Shown piece after piece: positions 29,632-38,700 of a DNA stretch of 64,000 bases (position 1 is the first letter of the stretch; each line of letters starts with the position of its first letter). Position numbers and translations under genes: made by a program. Source of the DNA: Anaerolineae bacterium (GTDB lineage Bacteria > Chloroflexota > Anaerolineae > UBA1429); NCBI GenBank assembly GCA_040767425.1, contig JAXGON010000003.1:22440-86439 (forward strand). The letters run 5' to 3'. The notes under the pieces were generated by a model. That model saw only the letters and a program-made list of their open reading frames with translations, was not told where the DNA came from and made no database searches.

Positions 29632-29646
29632 GCAGAGCGGGCACCC

Positions 29647-29674
29647 TTGCCCGTCCCCCTCAATGCCCTATAAT
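29647..29674 (+). promoter_or_regulatory. Sigma70-type promoter of the PIG-L gene
   Basis: TTGCCC-N16-TATAAT. Confidence 0.55.
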
Positions 29675-29739
29675 CGGACCCGCTGCAGCCCTGCGCGCAG
29701 CCGCAGCTCTCGTCATCGCTGGCACAAGGAGGCTGATCC

Positions 29740-30558
29740 GTGCTTCACCAACCGTTGCGTATTCTGGCGTTCGGCGCCCATCCCGACGATTGCGACATCC
29801 TGCTGGGCGGGATGGCCATCATGTGGGCGCGGCAGGGTCATCAGGTGACCTTTGTGTCGGCCACTAACGGCGACACAGGCCATCATCTCATGGGGGGCGG
29901 CCCGTTAGCGCGCCGACGCTATGCGGAAGCGCAGCGCTCAGCCGAGATCGCCGGCATTCGCTACCAGGTGTTAGATATCCACAACGGCCAGCTCATGCCC
30001 ACGCTGGAGAACCGCTGGCGTTTCGTCGAGATCATCCGCGAGGCCGATCCCGACCTCGTCGTGAGCCACCGGCCCAACGACTATCACCCTGATCACCGCT
30101 GCACCGGCCAGCTGGTTCAGGACGCCGCCTACACGGTGACCATCCCCAACGTGGCCGCGCTGACGCCGCACCTGATGACCAACCCGATCTTTGCTTGCTT
30201 CTCCGATCGGTTCCAACGCCCCTACCCGTTCCAGGCCGATGTGATCGTCGACATTGACGAGGTGATGCCCACCAAGCTAGAGATGCTGCACTGTCACACA
30301 TCCCAGTTCTACGAATGGCTGCCCTACAACCTGGGACGGCTGGATCAGGTGCCCGAGGGGGCAGACGAGCGCAAGGCCTGGGTCAACGAGCTATGGGGAG
30401 CCCGCAGCCGCGACCTAGCGGACGCCCACCGCGATGCCCTCATCAGCCGCTATGGCGTCGACCGTGGCCAGGCCGTACGCAACGCCGAGGCGATCGAGAT
30501 CTCCGAGTATGGCGCGCAACCCACGCCGGAGGAGCTGGCGACGCTCTTTCCGTTCTAG
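29740..30558 (+). CDS. PIG-L/LmbE family deacetylase
   Basis: AHPDD, TNGD.G, RYAEA, HPDH, H.SQF. Confidence 0.92.
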   Translation: MLHQPLRILAFGAHPDDCDILLGGMAIMWARQGHQVTFVSATNGDTGHHLMGGGPLARRRYAEAQRSAEIAGIRYQVLDIHNGQLMPTLENRWRFVEIIREADPDLVVSHRPNDYHPDHRCTGQLVQDAAYTVTIPNVAALTPHLMTNPIFACFSDRFQRPYPFQADVIVDIDEVMPTKLEMLHCHTSQFYEWLPYNLGRLDQVPEGADERKAWVNELWGARSRDLADAHRDALISRYGVDRGQAVRNAEAIEISEYGAQPTPEELATLFPF

Positions 30559-30603
30559 CCCCAACCAGGGGGCCGCGCACCGCGTGCGGCTATCGACGAT
30601 ACC

Positions 30604-30633
30604 AGCGGGGGCAGCCTTCAGGCTGCCCCCGTT
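30604..30633. terminator. Hairpin between convergent genes
   Basis: CGGGGGCAGCC-TTCA-GGCTGCCCCCG. Confidence 0.7.
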
Positions 30634-30729
30634 CGCACTGTTGGGTAGGGTCCACCGTGTAGCCGAGACCGCCAGTGAACCACTTTTCAGCAGACGCCCC
30701 CAAACGCTCCCGAACAGCCCATCGCGTCG

Positions 30730-31860
30730 CTACGCGTCGCCAAACACCCGCTTGATCGCCTCCAGATACCCCATGCCCTCGTCGGCATCGGGCTCCAGAT
30801 AGCTGCCCTCGGTCCATTCGTTCCAGGCATTCAGCGAGACGATGCCGGGCAGTTCTGGGTGCTTGTCCAGAAACGCCCGCGCCCGCCGCAAGGCCTCCTC
30901 AAAGCGCGCTGGCGTGTTGCCCGTCATCGCCGGCATAAACGGGTATCCACTGTTCAGGTAGACGTCCGACTGGATGGTACGCGGACTGGCGTCCCAGCCC
31001 ATGGTGACGTTGGGATGGAACGGCTGGGGATAGCGCGCCACCGTCGCTTCCCAGTGGGCTGCGGCGGCTTCCATCACCCGTGCATAGGACGTCTCCGGAA
31101 AGCTATCTAGCTGGACGTGGTGGATCCACACGTACGACCCGATGCTATCGAACCCCAGGTAGCGGACCATCTCGACAGGGTCGGTCACCTTGGTCTCGCT
31201 AGGGAGCACCCGCACGCTCCAGAGCACCACGTTGAGCTCTAGCCCGGGAAAGCCAGCGGCCACCGTCTTGGCGCGAAAAGCCTGCAGCGCCTCGCGCGCT
31301 GGCTCCAAGCCGCCCATCCCCTCCACGAACTTGCCCAGATCATAGATGGAAAAGTAAGGCCGGCCGTCCACGCACCAGTAGCTGGGATGCGCAAAGTAGC
31401 GCTCTACCACCAGGTCGGTGATGGCATCAAACGTCTGGGGCGTCACGGCTCCAGGGAACTGGAGGTCGCGCCCGATCTGCAGGCCACAGGGATGAATGTT
31501 GATCCAATCATGGTTGGCCCACATCAGCCCAAAGCGCATGCGCTCGGCGTTGGGGGCCGCCATGAACCCCTCCTCCAGGCAACGCTGCAGATAAGGGCCA
31601 TCATCGTAATAGTACCAGTCAAAGATCCAGGCATCGACGCCATGGTCGGCAGCCGCATCGATCTTTTTTGCCATCACGGCCGGATCGGCCTCGTCCTCGT
31701 AGCCCCACGCCGGCACCCTCGGCTGTCGGTGCCCGCGCCACCGCGGGCGCGCCCGCTTGATCAGCTCCCACTCGGTCCAGCCTGGGCCATGGGCCGCCTC
31801 ATTACGTGGATCCACATGATAGTTGGGGAAATAGTAACAGGCGACCGTGTAGCGTCCCAC
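30730..31860 (-). CDS. GH99-like domain protein (WbsX family)
   Basis: YYFPNYH, GWTEW, MWANHDW, GWDASPR, NAWNEWTEGSYLEPD. GTG at 31860 fits the GGAGG spacing. Confidence 0.85.
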   Translation of the reverse strand: MGRYTVACYYFPNYHVDPRNEAAHGPGWTEWELIKRARPRWRGHRQPRVPAWGYEDEADPAVMAKKIDAAADHGVDAWIFDWYYYDDGPYLQRCLEEGFMAAPNAERMRFGLMWANHDWINIHPCGLQIGRDLQFPGAVTPQTFDAITDLVVERYFAHPSYWCVDGRPYFSIYDLGKFVEGMGGLEPAREALQAFRAKTVAAGFPGLELNVVLWSVRVLPSETKVTDPVEMVRYLGFDSIGSYVWIHHVQLDSFPETSYARVMEAAAAHWEATVARYPQPFHPNVTMGWDASPRTIQSDVYLNSGYPFMPAMTGNTPARFEEALRRARAFLDKHPELPGIVSLNAWNEWTEGSYLEPDADEGMGYLEAIKRVFGDA

Positions 31861-31986
31861 TGCCAAACCTCCTCAGTCCTCGTCATAGTCCGGATTGTAG
31901 ATAGCGCCGCCACCGTCAGCATAGGCTCGCAGGGCGGCCACGATGCGCCGTCCCACGCCTGCCTCCCTCTGAACATCACTACGTTG

Positions 31987-32067
31987 ACTCTACCGCAGAA
32001 TCACCCGCCACTCAAGCAAAGATCGGTCGCGCTAGCCCTTATCAAAGACGCCCCTCTGTGCTATAAT
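31987..32067. promoter_or_regulatory. Divergent promoters
   Basis: Minus strand TTGAGT-N17-TAGAGT (32015-31987). Plus strand extended -10 TGcTATAAT (32059-32067). Confidence 0.5.
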
Positions 32068-32260
32068 AAAGTCGACGGGTACTGCTGGAGACGCACCTGT
32101 CGCGCGCGCATCCAGCTCGGAACCGCGCGTCGGGCATGGCGCTCGCAACGTCGCCTCATCATCCTCTCAATGCCGCTCCACCGCACCATGCCATCTCTCG
32201 CTCGGGAGCCGTGCGCTCGCCAACCGATGCGGCTCTGGCCTCAATGAGGAGGAGGGTGCC

Positions 32261-32908
32261 ATGGCAATCATCACCATGTCGCGGCAGGTGGGATCGCGCG
32301 CGTCAGAGCTCACTAACCGTCTGTGCGACGAGCTGGGCCTTGTCGCGTTCGACAAGGCCCTCATGGCCAAAGTCGCCACCGATGTCGGCCTCGGCCAGCA
32401 GGAGGTGGTGGACTATTCCGAGGACGAGTACGAGAAGCGGGGCTTTTTCGAGGCGCTCTTTCGTCGGCCGCGGGCGCTTGGCGAGGTATCCATGTGGGTG
32501 GACTCACAGACCCGCACCGTGCGCCAGCTGGACGAAGAGGACGCCATCGGGCTGATCCGCAGCACGATGAATGCGGCCTACAAGCGCGGCAATGTGCTCA
32601 TCGTAGGGCGCGGTGGCCAGGCCATCCTCGAGAACCGTCCAGGTGTGCTGCATCTGCGGATCGTGGCGCCCTTTGAGGACCGCGTCCTGCAGATCCAGGC
32701 CAGCGAGAGCTTGACGGCAGCCCAGGCCCGTCGCCTGATAGAGGAGCGGGATGCGGCTCAGCGCGAGTATCTGCGTATGTTCCACCATATCGATGTCGAC
32801 GATGCCACGCTGTACCATATGGTGCTGAACACGGGCAAGTTGACGCTCGACCAGTGCGTCGCGCTGATCAAGGAGGCAGTCCAGGGGCTCCCGAGCGCCA
32901 CCGCCTAG
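32261..32908 (+). CDS. Cytidylate kinase-like family protein
   Basis: IITMSRQVGS, VLIVGRGG, RD..QREY, YHMVLNT. Strong SD GAGGAGG. Confidence 0.88.
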   Translation: MAIITMSRQVGSRASELTNRLCDELGLVAFDKALMAKVATDVGLGQQEVVDYSEDEYEKRGFFEALFRRPRALGEVSMWVDSQTRTVRQLDEEDAIGLIRSTMNAAYKRGNVLIVGRGGQAILENRPGVLHLRIVAPFEDRVLQIQASESLTAAQARRLIEERDAAQREYLRMFHHIDVDDATLYHMVLNTGKLTLDQCVALIKEAVQGLPSATA

Positions 32909-33004
32909 GCTCAGCAGCGACCCGTAGGGGTCAAAAGCGCAAACTAAAAAAGGCGGGTCCCGCGCCATAGCTGGCGGGCCCCGTTCGTGGCGCGTCAGCC
33001 ATCG

Positions 33005-34072
33005 CTAGCCAGCGTCCATCTGCTCCTGCGCGACGCGATCGGGGCACGCTTGGGGCTTGGCCGCGTCTTTGCCAATCGGCCCAGTCGCGCCGCCAGCGTT
33101 CTCAGCCACATCCTGCAACAGCAAGGCCCGCCCCACCCAGGGAGTAGACCCTAGAGGCAGCTCTCGCGAGCGAATGATACGCGAGCCGTCGGCCAAGGTC
33201 AGCGTCACCGCGCCGTCAACGCCCACGGAGGCCAGCGGAGCCAGCGGCCCGGTCAAGACCTTGTCCGCCGGGCGCCCCACCGCCTGCCACACGCCGTACT
33301 CGGCCAGGAGGAGCAGCGCGGGGGCATTGGCGTCCGTCACCCGATTGCGGCCATCCAGCGCCAGCACGGCGTCATCGGCCTCACCCCCCAGGGCCTGAGC
33401 CGAGAGCCCGCTCATCTCGCGGGCCGGCTGCAGGTAGAGCACCTGCAGCAGCAGAGCGCTGCATCCCGCGGCCGCCAGAGGCAGCAATGACACGGCCCAG
33501 CCGCCACCAATCCAGGAACTCGCCAAGCTGATGCCGCCCGCCAGAACACCGGTGAGCATCAGCACCCAGATCACTTCAGGCCGCCACGCCCTGATGGGCT
33601 GCCCGTCGCGGAGCAACGCCGCGCCGCCAGCCATCACCAGCAGCACACTGTAGCTGGCGTACACCCATAGCCACAAGCCCGGTGAGCCGTCCGACGTCCA
33701 GAGCAAGACATGCTGAGATCCGCTAGCGGCCAGGAGCGCGGTGAGCACGGGGAGGACCATCAGCCTAGCCAGGACACAGGTGGAGGGGCGCTGGCCCATA
33801 GAGACCAGCGAGACCGTCAGGCCGTACCAAGCCACCGGCACGGCCGCGGAGACGAGATAACGGGCGGCCCAGAGCCACGGGGCCGATCGCAAGGCGGGGA
33901 GCCAGCTCGCCATGAGGGTGCATCCAGCGGCGACGGCAGTCGTGGCGCTAACCATCCCCAGTGACGTTGCGCCGGTCGCCGGGTGTCGACGAAAGGCGCC
34001 TACGGCCACAGCGAACCCGCCCACCATGCCCAATAGCAGCACAAAGCTTGGCCAATACAGCGTTGCGTTCAC
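33005..34072 (-). CDS. HisKA_7TM-like membrane sensor plus PAS-like domain, no output domain
   Basis: 7 TM with L..LPVLTALLAAS..HVLLW and GLWLWVYASYS. DAVLALDGRNRVTDANAPA ... LLLQDV (PAS/PAC). The protein ends shortly after. Confidence 0.65.
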   Translation of the reverse strand: MNATLYWPSFVLLLGMVGGFAVAVGAFRRHPATGATSLGMVSATTAVAAGCTLMASWLPALRSAPWLWAARYLVSAAVPVAWYGLTVSLVSMGQRPSTCVLARLMVLPVLTALLAASGSQHVLLWTSDGSPGLWLWVYASYSVLLVMAGGAALLRDGQPIRAWRPEVIWVLMLTGVLAGGISLASSWIGGGWAVSLLPLAAAGCSALLLQVLYLQPAREMSGLSAQALGGEADDAVLALDGRNRVTDANAPALLLLAEYGVWQAVGRPADKVLTGPLAPLASVGVDGAVTLTLADGSRIIRSRELPLGSTPWVGRALLLQDVAENAGGATGPIGKDAAKPQACPDRVAQEQMDAG

Positions 34073-34318
34073 GTCTGCTACGCTCCCGTTTGGTGAAACA
34101 CCGAATTCGGGAACTCGCCACCCGCCGCTCCGCTATCGGTAGGCGCGCCCCTTTCGCGCTCTGATAGATCCATTGTAGCAGGGTTATGCTGGCCCGCCGT
34201 CGAACTGGCGTGAATATCGCGTCTCGTTAGGCGGCTGCCCGCGAGGCCGGCGGCTCGTTTTTTGCCTGAGCGCCAGCTTGCATATAATGGTCCGAGCGGC
34301 AGCTATGGAAGGGGAAGC

Positions 34319-35755
34319 ATGGCTTACGAGGCCGTCATCGGCATGGAGGTCCACGCCCAGATCCTCACAGGTAGCAAGATGTTTTGCGCCTGCTCGGCGG
34401 ACTATGCCGGAGCCCCACCCAACGCCCACACCTGTCCCACCTGCCTCGGCATGCCCGGGGCCCTGCCCACCGCCAACAAAGCTGCCGTCGAGGCCACCAT
34501 CCGCACCGGCCTGGCTTTGGGCTGTGAGATTCCGCCCTATTCCAAGTTCGACCGCAAGAACTATCCTTATCCCGACCTGCCCAAGGGCTACCAGATATCC
34601 CAGTACGACCTGCCGCTATGCCGCGCCGGTCGCCTGGAGGTTGAGACCGAGGCGGGCCGCCGCTCGGTGCGCATCCGTCGCGTTCACCTCGAAGAGGATA
34701 CCGCCAAGCTTATCCATCGGCCCGATGCCACCCTCATCGACTATAATCGGGCGGGCGTCCCGCTGATGGAGATCGTCACCGAAGCCGATATCCGCACCGC
34801 CGACGAGGCCTGGCAGTATCTGCTCTCACTACGCCGGATTCTGCGCTACCTGGGCGTCTGCACCGGTAACATGGAAGACGGCGCCATGCGCTGCGAGGCC
34901 AACGTCTCCGTGATGCCCGCCGGCTCGGACGCGTTAGGGACCAAGGTCGAGGTCAAGAACCTGAACTCGTTTCGGTCGGTGCGCCAGGCCATCGCTTACG
35001 AGATCGAGCGCCAGGTCGGCGTGCTCGAGAGCGGCGGCGCGGTGCAGCAAGTCACCATGGGCTGGGATGAGGAGAACCATCGCACCGTCTTCCAGCGCTC
35101 CAAAGAGTTCGCTGAGGACTATCGTTACTTTCCCGAGCCTGACCTTCCGCCCATGGTCCACGACCCGGCCTGGATCGAAAGGCTTCGAGCCAGCGTACCA
35201 GAGCTGCCCGAGGCTGTGGCGGCACGTTTCGCCTCTGCCGGCATGCGGCTGGAGGACGCCCGGCTGCTGGCAGACGACCGCGCAGTGGCCGAGTACGTCG
35301 ATGCCGCCCTCGCCGTCGGGCGAGAGCGCGAGATCGACGCCGCTACTATCGCCAACTGGGTCACCGGCGAGCTGTTTCGCTGGTTGTCCGAAGGTACCCA
35401 TGACATCGCGACGATGCCAGTCTCGCCCCAGAGCCTGGTAAGCTGCATCGCCCTGGTGCAGAGAGGCATCATCAGCCAGGGCGTCGGCAAAGAGGTGTTG
35501 GCAGAGATGCTAGACACCGGTCGCGAGGCGGCCCAGATCGTTGAGGCGCGTGGACTGCGCCAGATCAGCGACAAGGACGCCCTCCTGGAGGCGGTTCAAG
35601 GCGTCATCGCCGAGAACCCCGGCCCCGCCGATGACTATCGGAGAGGCAAGGAGGCTGCGCTGAACTTTCTCATGGGCCAAGTCATGCGTGCCACTCGCGG
35701 CCAGGCCAATGCCGGCTTGGTTCGCCAGTTGCTCCGTTCCGAGCTAGACCGCTAG
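34319..35755 (+). CDS. gatB: Asp-tRNA(Asn)/Glu-tRNA(Gln) amidotransferase subunit B
   Basis: [59 protein letters not shown]. Confidence 0.97.
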   Translation: MAYEAVIGMEVHAQILTGSKMFCACSADYAGAPPNAHTCPTCLGMPGALPTANKAAVEATIRTGLALGCEIPPYSKFDRKNYPYPDLPKGYQISQYDLPLCRAGRLEVETEAGRRSVRIRRVHLEEDTAKLIHRPDATLIDYNRAGVPLMEIVTEADIRTADEAWQYLLSLRRILRYLGVCTGNMEDGAMRCEANVSVMPAGSDALGTKVEVKNLNSFRSVRQAIAYEIERQVGVLESGGAVQQVTMGWDEENHRTVFQRSKEFAEDYRYFPEPDLPPMVHDPAWIERLRASVPELPEAVAARFASAGMRLEDARLLADDRAVAEYVDAALAVGREREIDAATIANWVTGELFRWLSEGTHDIATMPVSPQSLVSCIALVQRGIISQGVGKEVLAEMLDTGREAAQIVEARGLRQISDKDALLEAVQGVIAENPGPADDYRRGKEAALNFLMGQVMRATRGQANAGLVRQLLRSELDR

Positions 35756-35845
35756 ACCCGTACGCCCAGCGGCGGACAATGGCGCCCCCGCAATCAACAT
35801 TTGGCGCCCCATAGGGCGCCCCAAGTCCAACGTGAAGGGGGAACT

Positions 35846-37096
35846 ATGTCCGACGCGAGATCCATCTTTGACATCGCCGTCCAGCAGTACCGGCAAGCCG
35901 CCGCCTACCTAGATCTCGACCCTGGGATCCAAGAGATGCTGGCCACCTGCGCGCGCGAAGTCACCGTACGGTTCCCGGTGCGCATGGACGACGGTAGCGT
36001 CCGCGTGTTTGAGGGCTACCGCGTGCAGCACAATAGCGCGCTGGGGCCCACCAAGGGCGGGCTACGCTTCCATCCCGATGTCACGCTGGCCGAGGTCAAG
36101 GCCCTGGCTATGTGGATGACTTGGAAGACCTCCGTGGCAGGCCTGCCGTACGGCGGCGCCAAGGGCGGTGTCATCTGCGATCCCAAGACGCTTTCCAAAG
36201 GCGAGCTAGAACGACTATCGCGACGCTTTGGTCGCGCGATCGCGCCGGTAATTGGCCCTTGGGTCGATGTGCCCGCGCCCGATGTGAACACCAATCCGCA
36301 GACCATGGCGTGGATCCTCAGCGCCTACGAGTCAGTGTCAGGGGCGCACTCGCCGGCCGTGATTACCGGCAAGCCCATCGAGCTCGGTGGTTCCGAGGGG
36401 CGCGCCGAGGCCACGGGGCGAGGCGTCATGTTCTGCACCATCGAGGCCTGCCATGCGCGCGGGATCGCCGTCGAGGGCGCCCGTATGGTCGTCCAGGGCT
36501 ATGGAAACGCTGGCTCGGTGAGCGCCTACCTCTTGCAGGAACGCGGAGCCAAGCTGGTGGCGGCCAGCGATACCCGCGGCGCCGTCTATAACCCCGATGG
36601 CATCGACGCTCGCGAGCTCCTGGCGCACAAGTGCGCCACGGGATCGGTGGTAGGGTACCCAGGCACGCGTCAGATCGACGAGTCCGAGCTGCTGCACCTG
36701 CCGTGCGAGATCCTGATCCCCGCTGCGCTAGAGGGCGTCCTCACGGCCAAGACCGCCGCCGGCGTCCAGGCCCGCGTGATAGTGGAAGCCGCCAACGGCC
36801 CGACCACTCCCGAAGCGGACGCCATCCTTGAGGAAAATGGCGTGCTGGTGATTCCGGACATCCTGGCCAACTCGGGCGGGGTGATCGTCTCCTACTTTGA
36901 GTGGGTTCAGAATCTGCAGGGTGAGATGTGGACCGAGACCGAGGTCAACCGTCGGTTGGAGAGCCAGATCACGACGGCCTTCCAGGACGTACTGCGAATC
37001 TCGACCGAGCGCAAGGTGAGCACGCGCGTGGCGGCCTATATCAAGGCGATCTCGCGGGTGGCCAAGGCCGTGGCCATGCGTGGCACCGAAGGCTAG
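35846..37096 (+). CDS. gdhA: Glu/Leu/Phe/Val dehydrogenase (glutamate dehydrogenase)
   Basis: GPTKGGLRFHP, MTWK, GGAKGG, DVPAPDVNT, VQGYGNAG, EAANGP, PDILANSGGV. Confidence 0.93.
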   Translation: MSDARSIFDIAVQQYRQAAAYLDLDPGIQEMLATCAREVTVRFPVRMDDGSVRVFEGYRVQHNSALGPTKGGLRFHPDVTLAEVKALAMWMTWKTSVAGLPYGGAKGGVICDPKTLSKGELERLSRRFGRAIAPVIGPWVDVPAPDVNTNPQTMAWILSAYESVSGAHSPAVITGKPIELGGSEGRAEATGRGVMFCTIEACHARGIAVEGARMVVQGYGNAGSVSAYLLQERGAKLVAASDTRGAVYNPDGIDARELLAHKCATGSVVGYPGTRQIDESELLHLPCEILIPAALEGVLTAKTAAGVQARVIVEAANGPTTPEADAILEENGVLVIPDILANSGGVIVSYFEWVQNLQGEMWTETEVNRRLESQITTAFQDVLRISTERKVSTRVAAYIKAISRVAKAVAMRGTEG

Positions 37097-37127
37097 GTGC
37101 CGAGACAACCCCACCGCGCAATGACCA

Positions 37128-37157
37128 GGGCGGGGGTCACCAAAGTGACCCTCGCCC
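37128..37157 (+). other. Stem-loop between gdhA and tpiA
   Basis: GGGCGGGGGTCAC-CAAA-GTGACCCTCGCCC. Confidence 0.55.
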
Positions 37158-37177
37158 CAACACAAAGGAGTGAACCG

Positions 37178-37951
37178 ATGCGAACCCCCATCCTGGCTGG
37201 CAACTGGAAGATGCACAAGACGGCCGCCGAGGCCGCCGCGCTGGTGGCCGAGTCCAAAGAGGCCTTGCTGGCCGTAGACACGGTCGACCGCGTGTTCTGC
37301 CCGTCCTACCTGGCCATCCCAAAGGTGGCCGAGCTGGTCGCGGGCACGCCGCTGGGCGTCGGCGCGCAGAACCTCTACTGGGAGGAAAGCGGCGCCTACA
37401 CCGGCGAGGTTGCCCCCGCCATGGTGGCCGAGTTCTGCGACTATGTCATCATCGGGCACTCGGAGCGGCGCGCGTATTTCGGTGAGACCGACGAGACCGT
37501 CAACAAAAAGATCGTCGCCGCGCTCAAGCATGGTCTGATTCCCATCGTCTGTGTGGGCGAGACGCTAGAGCTACGTGAGGCGGGCAAGACCGAGTCTTGG
37601 GTAGCGGGGCAGGTCCGCGCGGCCCTAAAGGGGCTCACCGCCGCGCAGGTGGCGGGCCTAGTGATCGCTTACGAGCCGATTTGGGCCATCGGCACCGGCT
37701 TGGCCGCCACCGCTGAAGAGGCCGAGCGCGTCATCGGCGAGGTGGTGCGCACGACGGTGCGTGAGCTTTATGGTGATGCCACCGCCGAGGCCGTCCGCAT
37801 CCAGTACGGCGGCTCGGTCAAGCCCGATAATGCCCTGGAGCTGATGGGCAAGCCCAACATCGACGGCGCCCTCATCGGCGGCGCCAGCCTCAAGGCGGCC
37901 GATTTCGTGGCTATCGTCCAGGCCGCGGCCGAGGCCAAGGGGCTGGTGTAA
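37178..37951 (+). CDS. tpiA: Triosephosphate isomerase
   Basis: [44 protein letters not shown]. Confidence 0.97.
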   Translation: MRTPILAGNWKMHKTAAEAAALVAESKEALLAVDTVDRVFCPSYLAIPKVAELVAGTPLGVGAQNLYWEESGAYTGEVAPAMVAEFCDYVIIGHSERRAYFGETDETVNKKIVAALKHGLIPIVCVGETLELREAGKTESWVAGQVRAALKGLTAAQVAGLVIAYEPIWAIGTGLAATAEEAERVIGEVVRTTVRELYGDATAEAVRIQYGGSVKPDNALELMGKPNIDGALIGGASLKAADFVAIVQAAAEAKGLV

Positions 37952-37959
37952 GCGCGGAT

Positions 37960-38568
37960 ATGCCGAACAACGACGACACCGCCACCCGCCCGTCAAAGGG
38001 CGCGGCCTGGCATGGCAGCATGGTCGCCATCCTGGTGGCGCGTGGTGAGACCGACCCCCTCTCGGCGGATCCGCTCACGTCATCGCTGACCGTAGCAGGG
38101 CGCGCGCAGGCCAACCGCGCCGCGCAGGCGTTGGCCGGACTGCCGATCGACCTGCTGTGCGCCGCCAGCGACATCGCCAGCGCCGAGGCCGCCGACATCC
38201 TGGCCGCTGCCACGCAGCCCAAGGAACGGTGGGATCTGGCGGACCTGGAAACGCTCAACCGCGACGACCTGGCGCTTGAGCCCACCGGCTCGCCGATGCC
38301 CGCCCGCTGGTCGCCCGATCAGTGGCGCTTTGGGTTGGAGCGTCTGTGGGTGCGGATTACGCCCGCCTGGACGAGGATCGCCATCTATGCCGAGACCCAA
38401 GGCCTGACCCGCGTCCTGGTGGTAGCTGATCCGCTGGTGTTGACGCTACTCCTACAGAGCTGGCAGGGGCGCGATTGGCGCGCGTTGGACGAGGGCGGCG
38501 CGGTCTCTCCTGGCGATCTACTGCGGGTCGTCCTGGACGGGGCATCGGTGGTAATCCAATCTCTATGA
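37960..38568 (+). CDS. Histidine phosphatase-fold protein lacking the catalytic histidines
   Basis: ILVARGET where LVRHGET is expected, LT..GRAQA, DLETLN, and VLVVADP where VLVVSHG is expected. Confidence 0.65.
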   Translation: MPNNDDTATRPSKGAAWHGSMVAILVARGETDPLSADPLTSSLTVAGRAQANRAAQALAGLPIDLLCAASDIASAEAADILAAATQPKERWDLADLETLNRDDLALEPTGSPMPARWSPDQWRFGLERLWVRITPAWTRIAIYAETQGLTRVLVVADPLVLTLLLQSWQGRDWRALDEGGAVSPGDLLRVVLDGASVVIQSL

Positions 38569-38588
38569 GCTATTCCTGGATATAGCAC

Positions 38589-38625
38589 CAGGGGCGCGGC
38601 ATACCGTGCCCCTGTTAGTTCTTTT
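38589..38625 (+). terminator. Intrinsic terminator
   Basis: CAGGGGCGCGG-CATA-CCGTGCCCCTG followed by TTAGTTCTTTT. Confidence 0.7.
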
Positions 38626-38700
38626 TGGATACCTGTCGGGCATGGACGCCCAGCCCCACCGCGCGGTATGGAAACCGCGCCTACCGGACCAACCTCCCCC

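Noticed and set aside
34319-35755. gatB without adjacent gatC/gatA
   Set aside because: Split gatCAB arrangements are common and the partners may be elsewhere.
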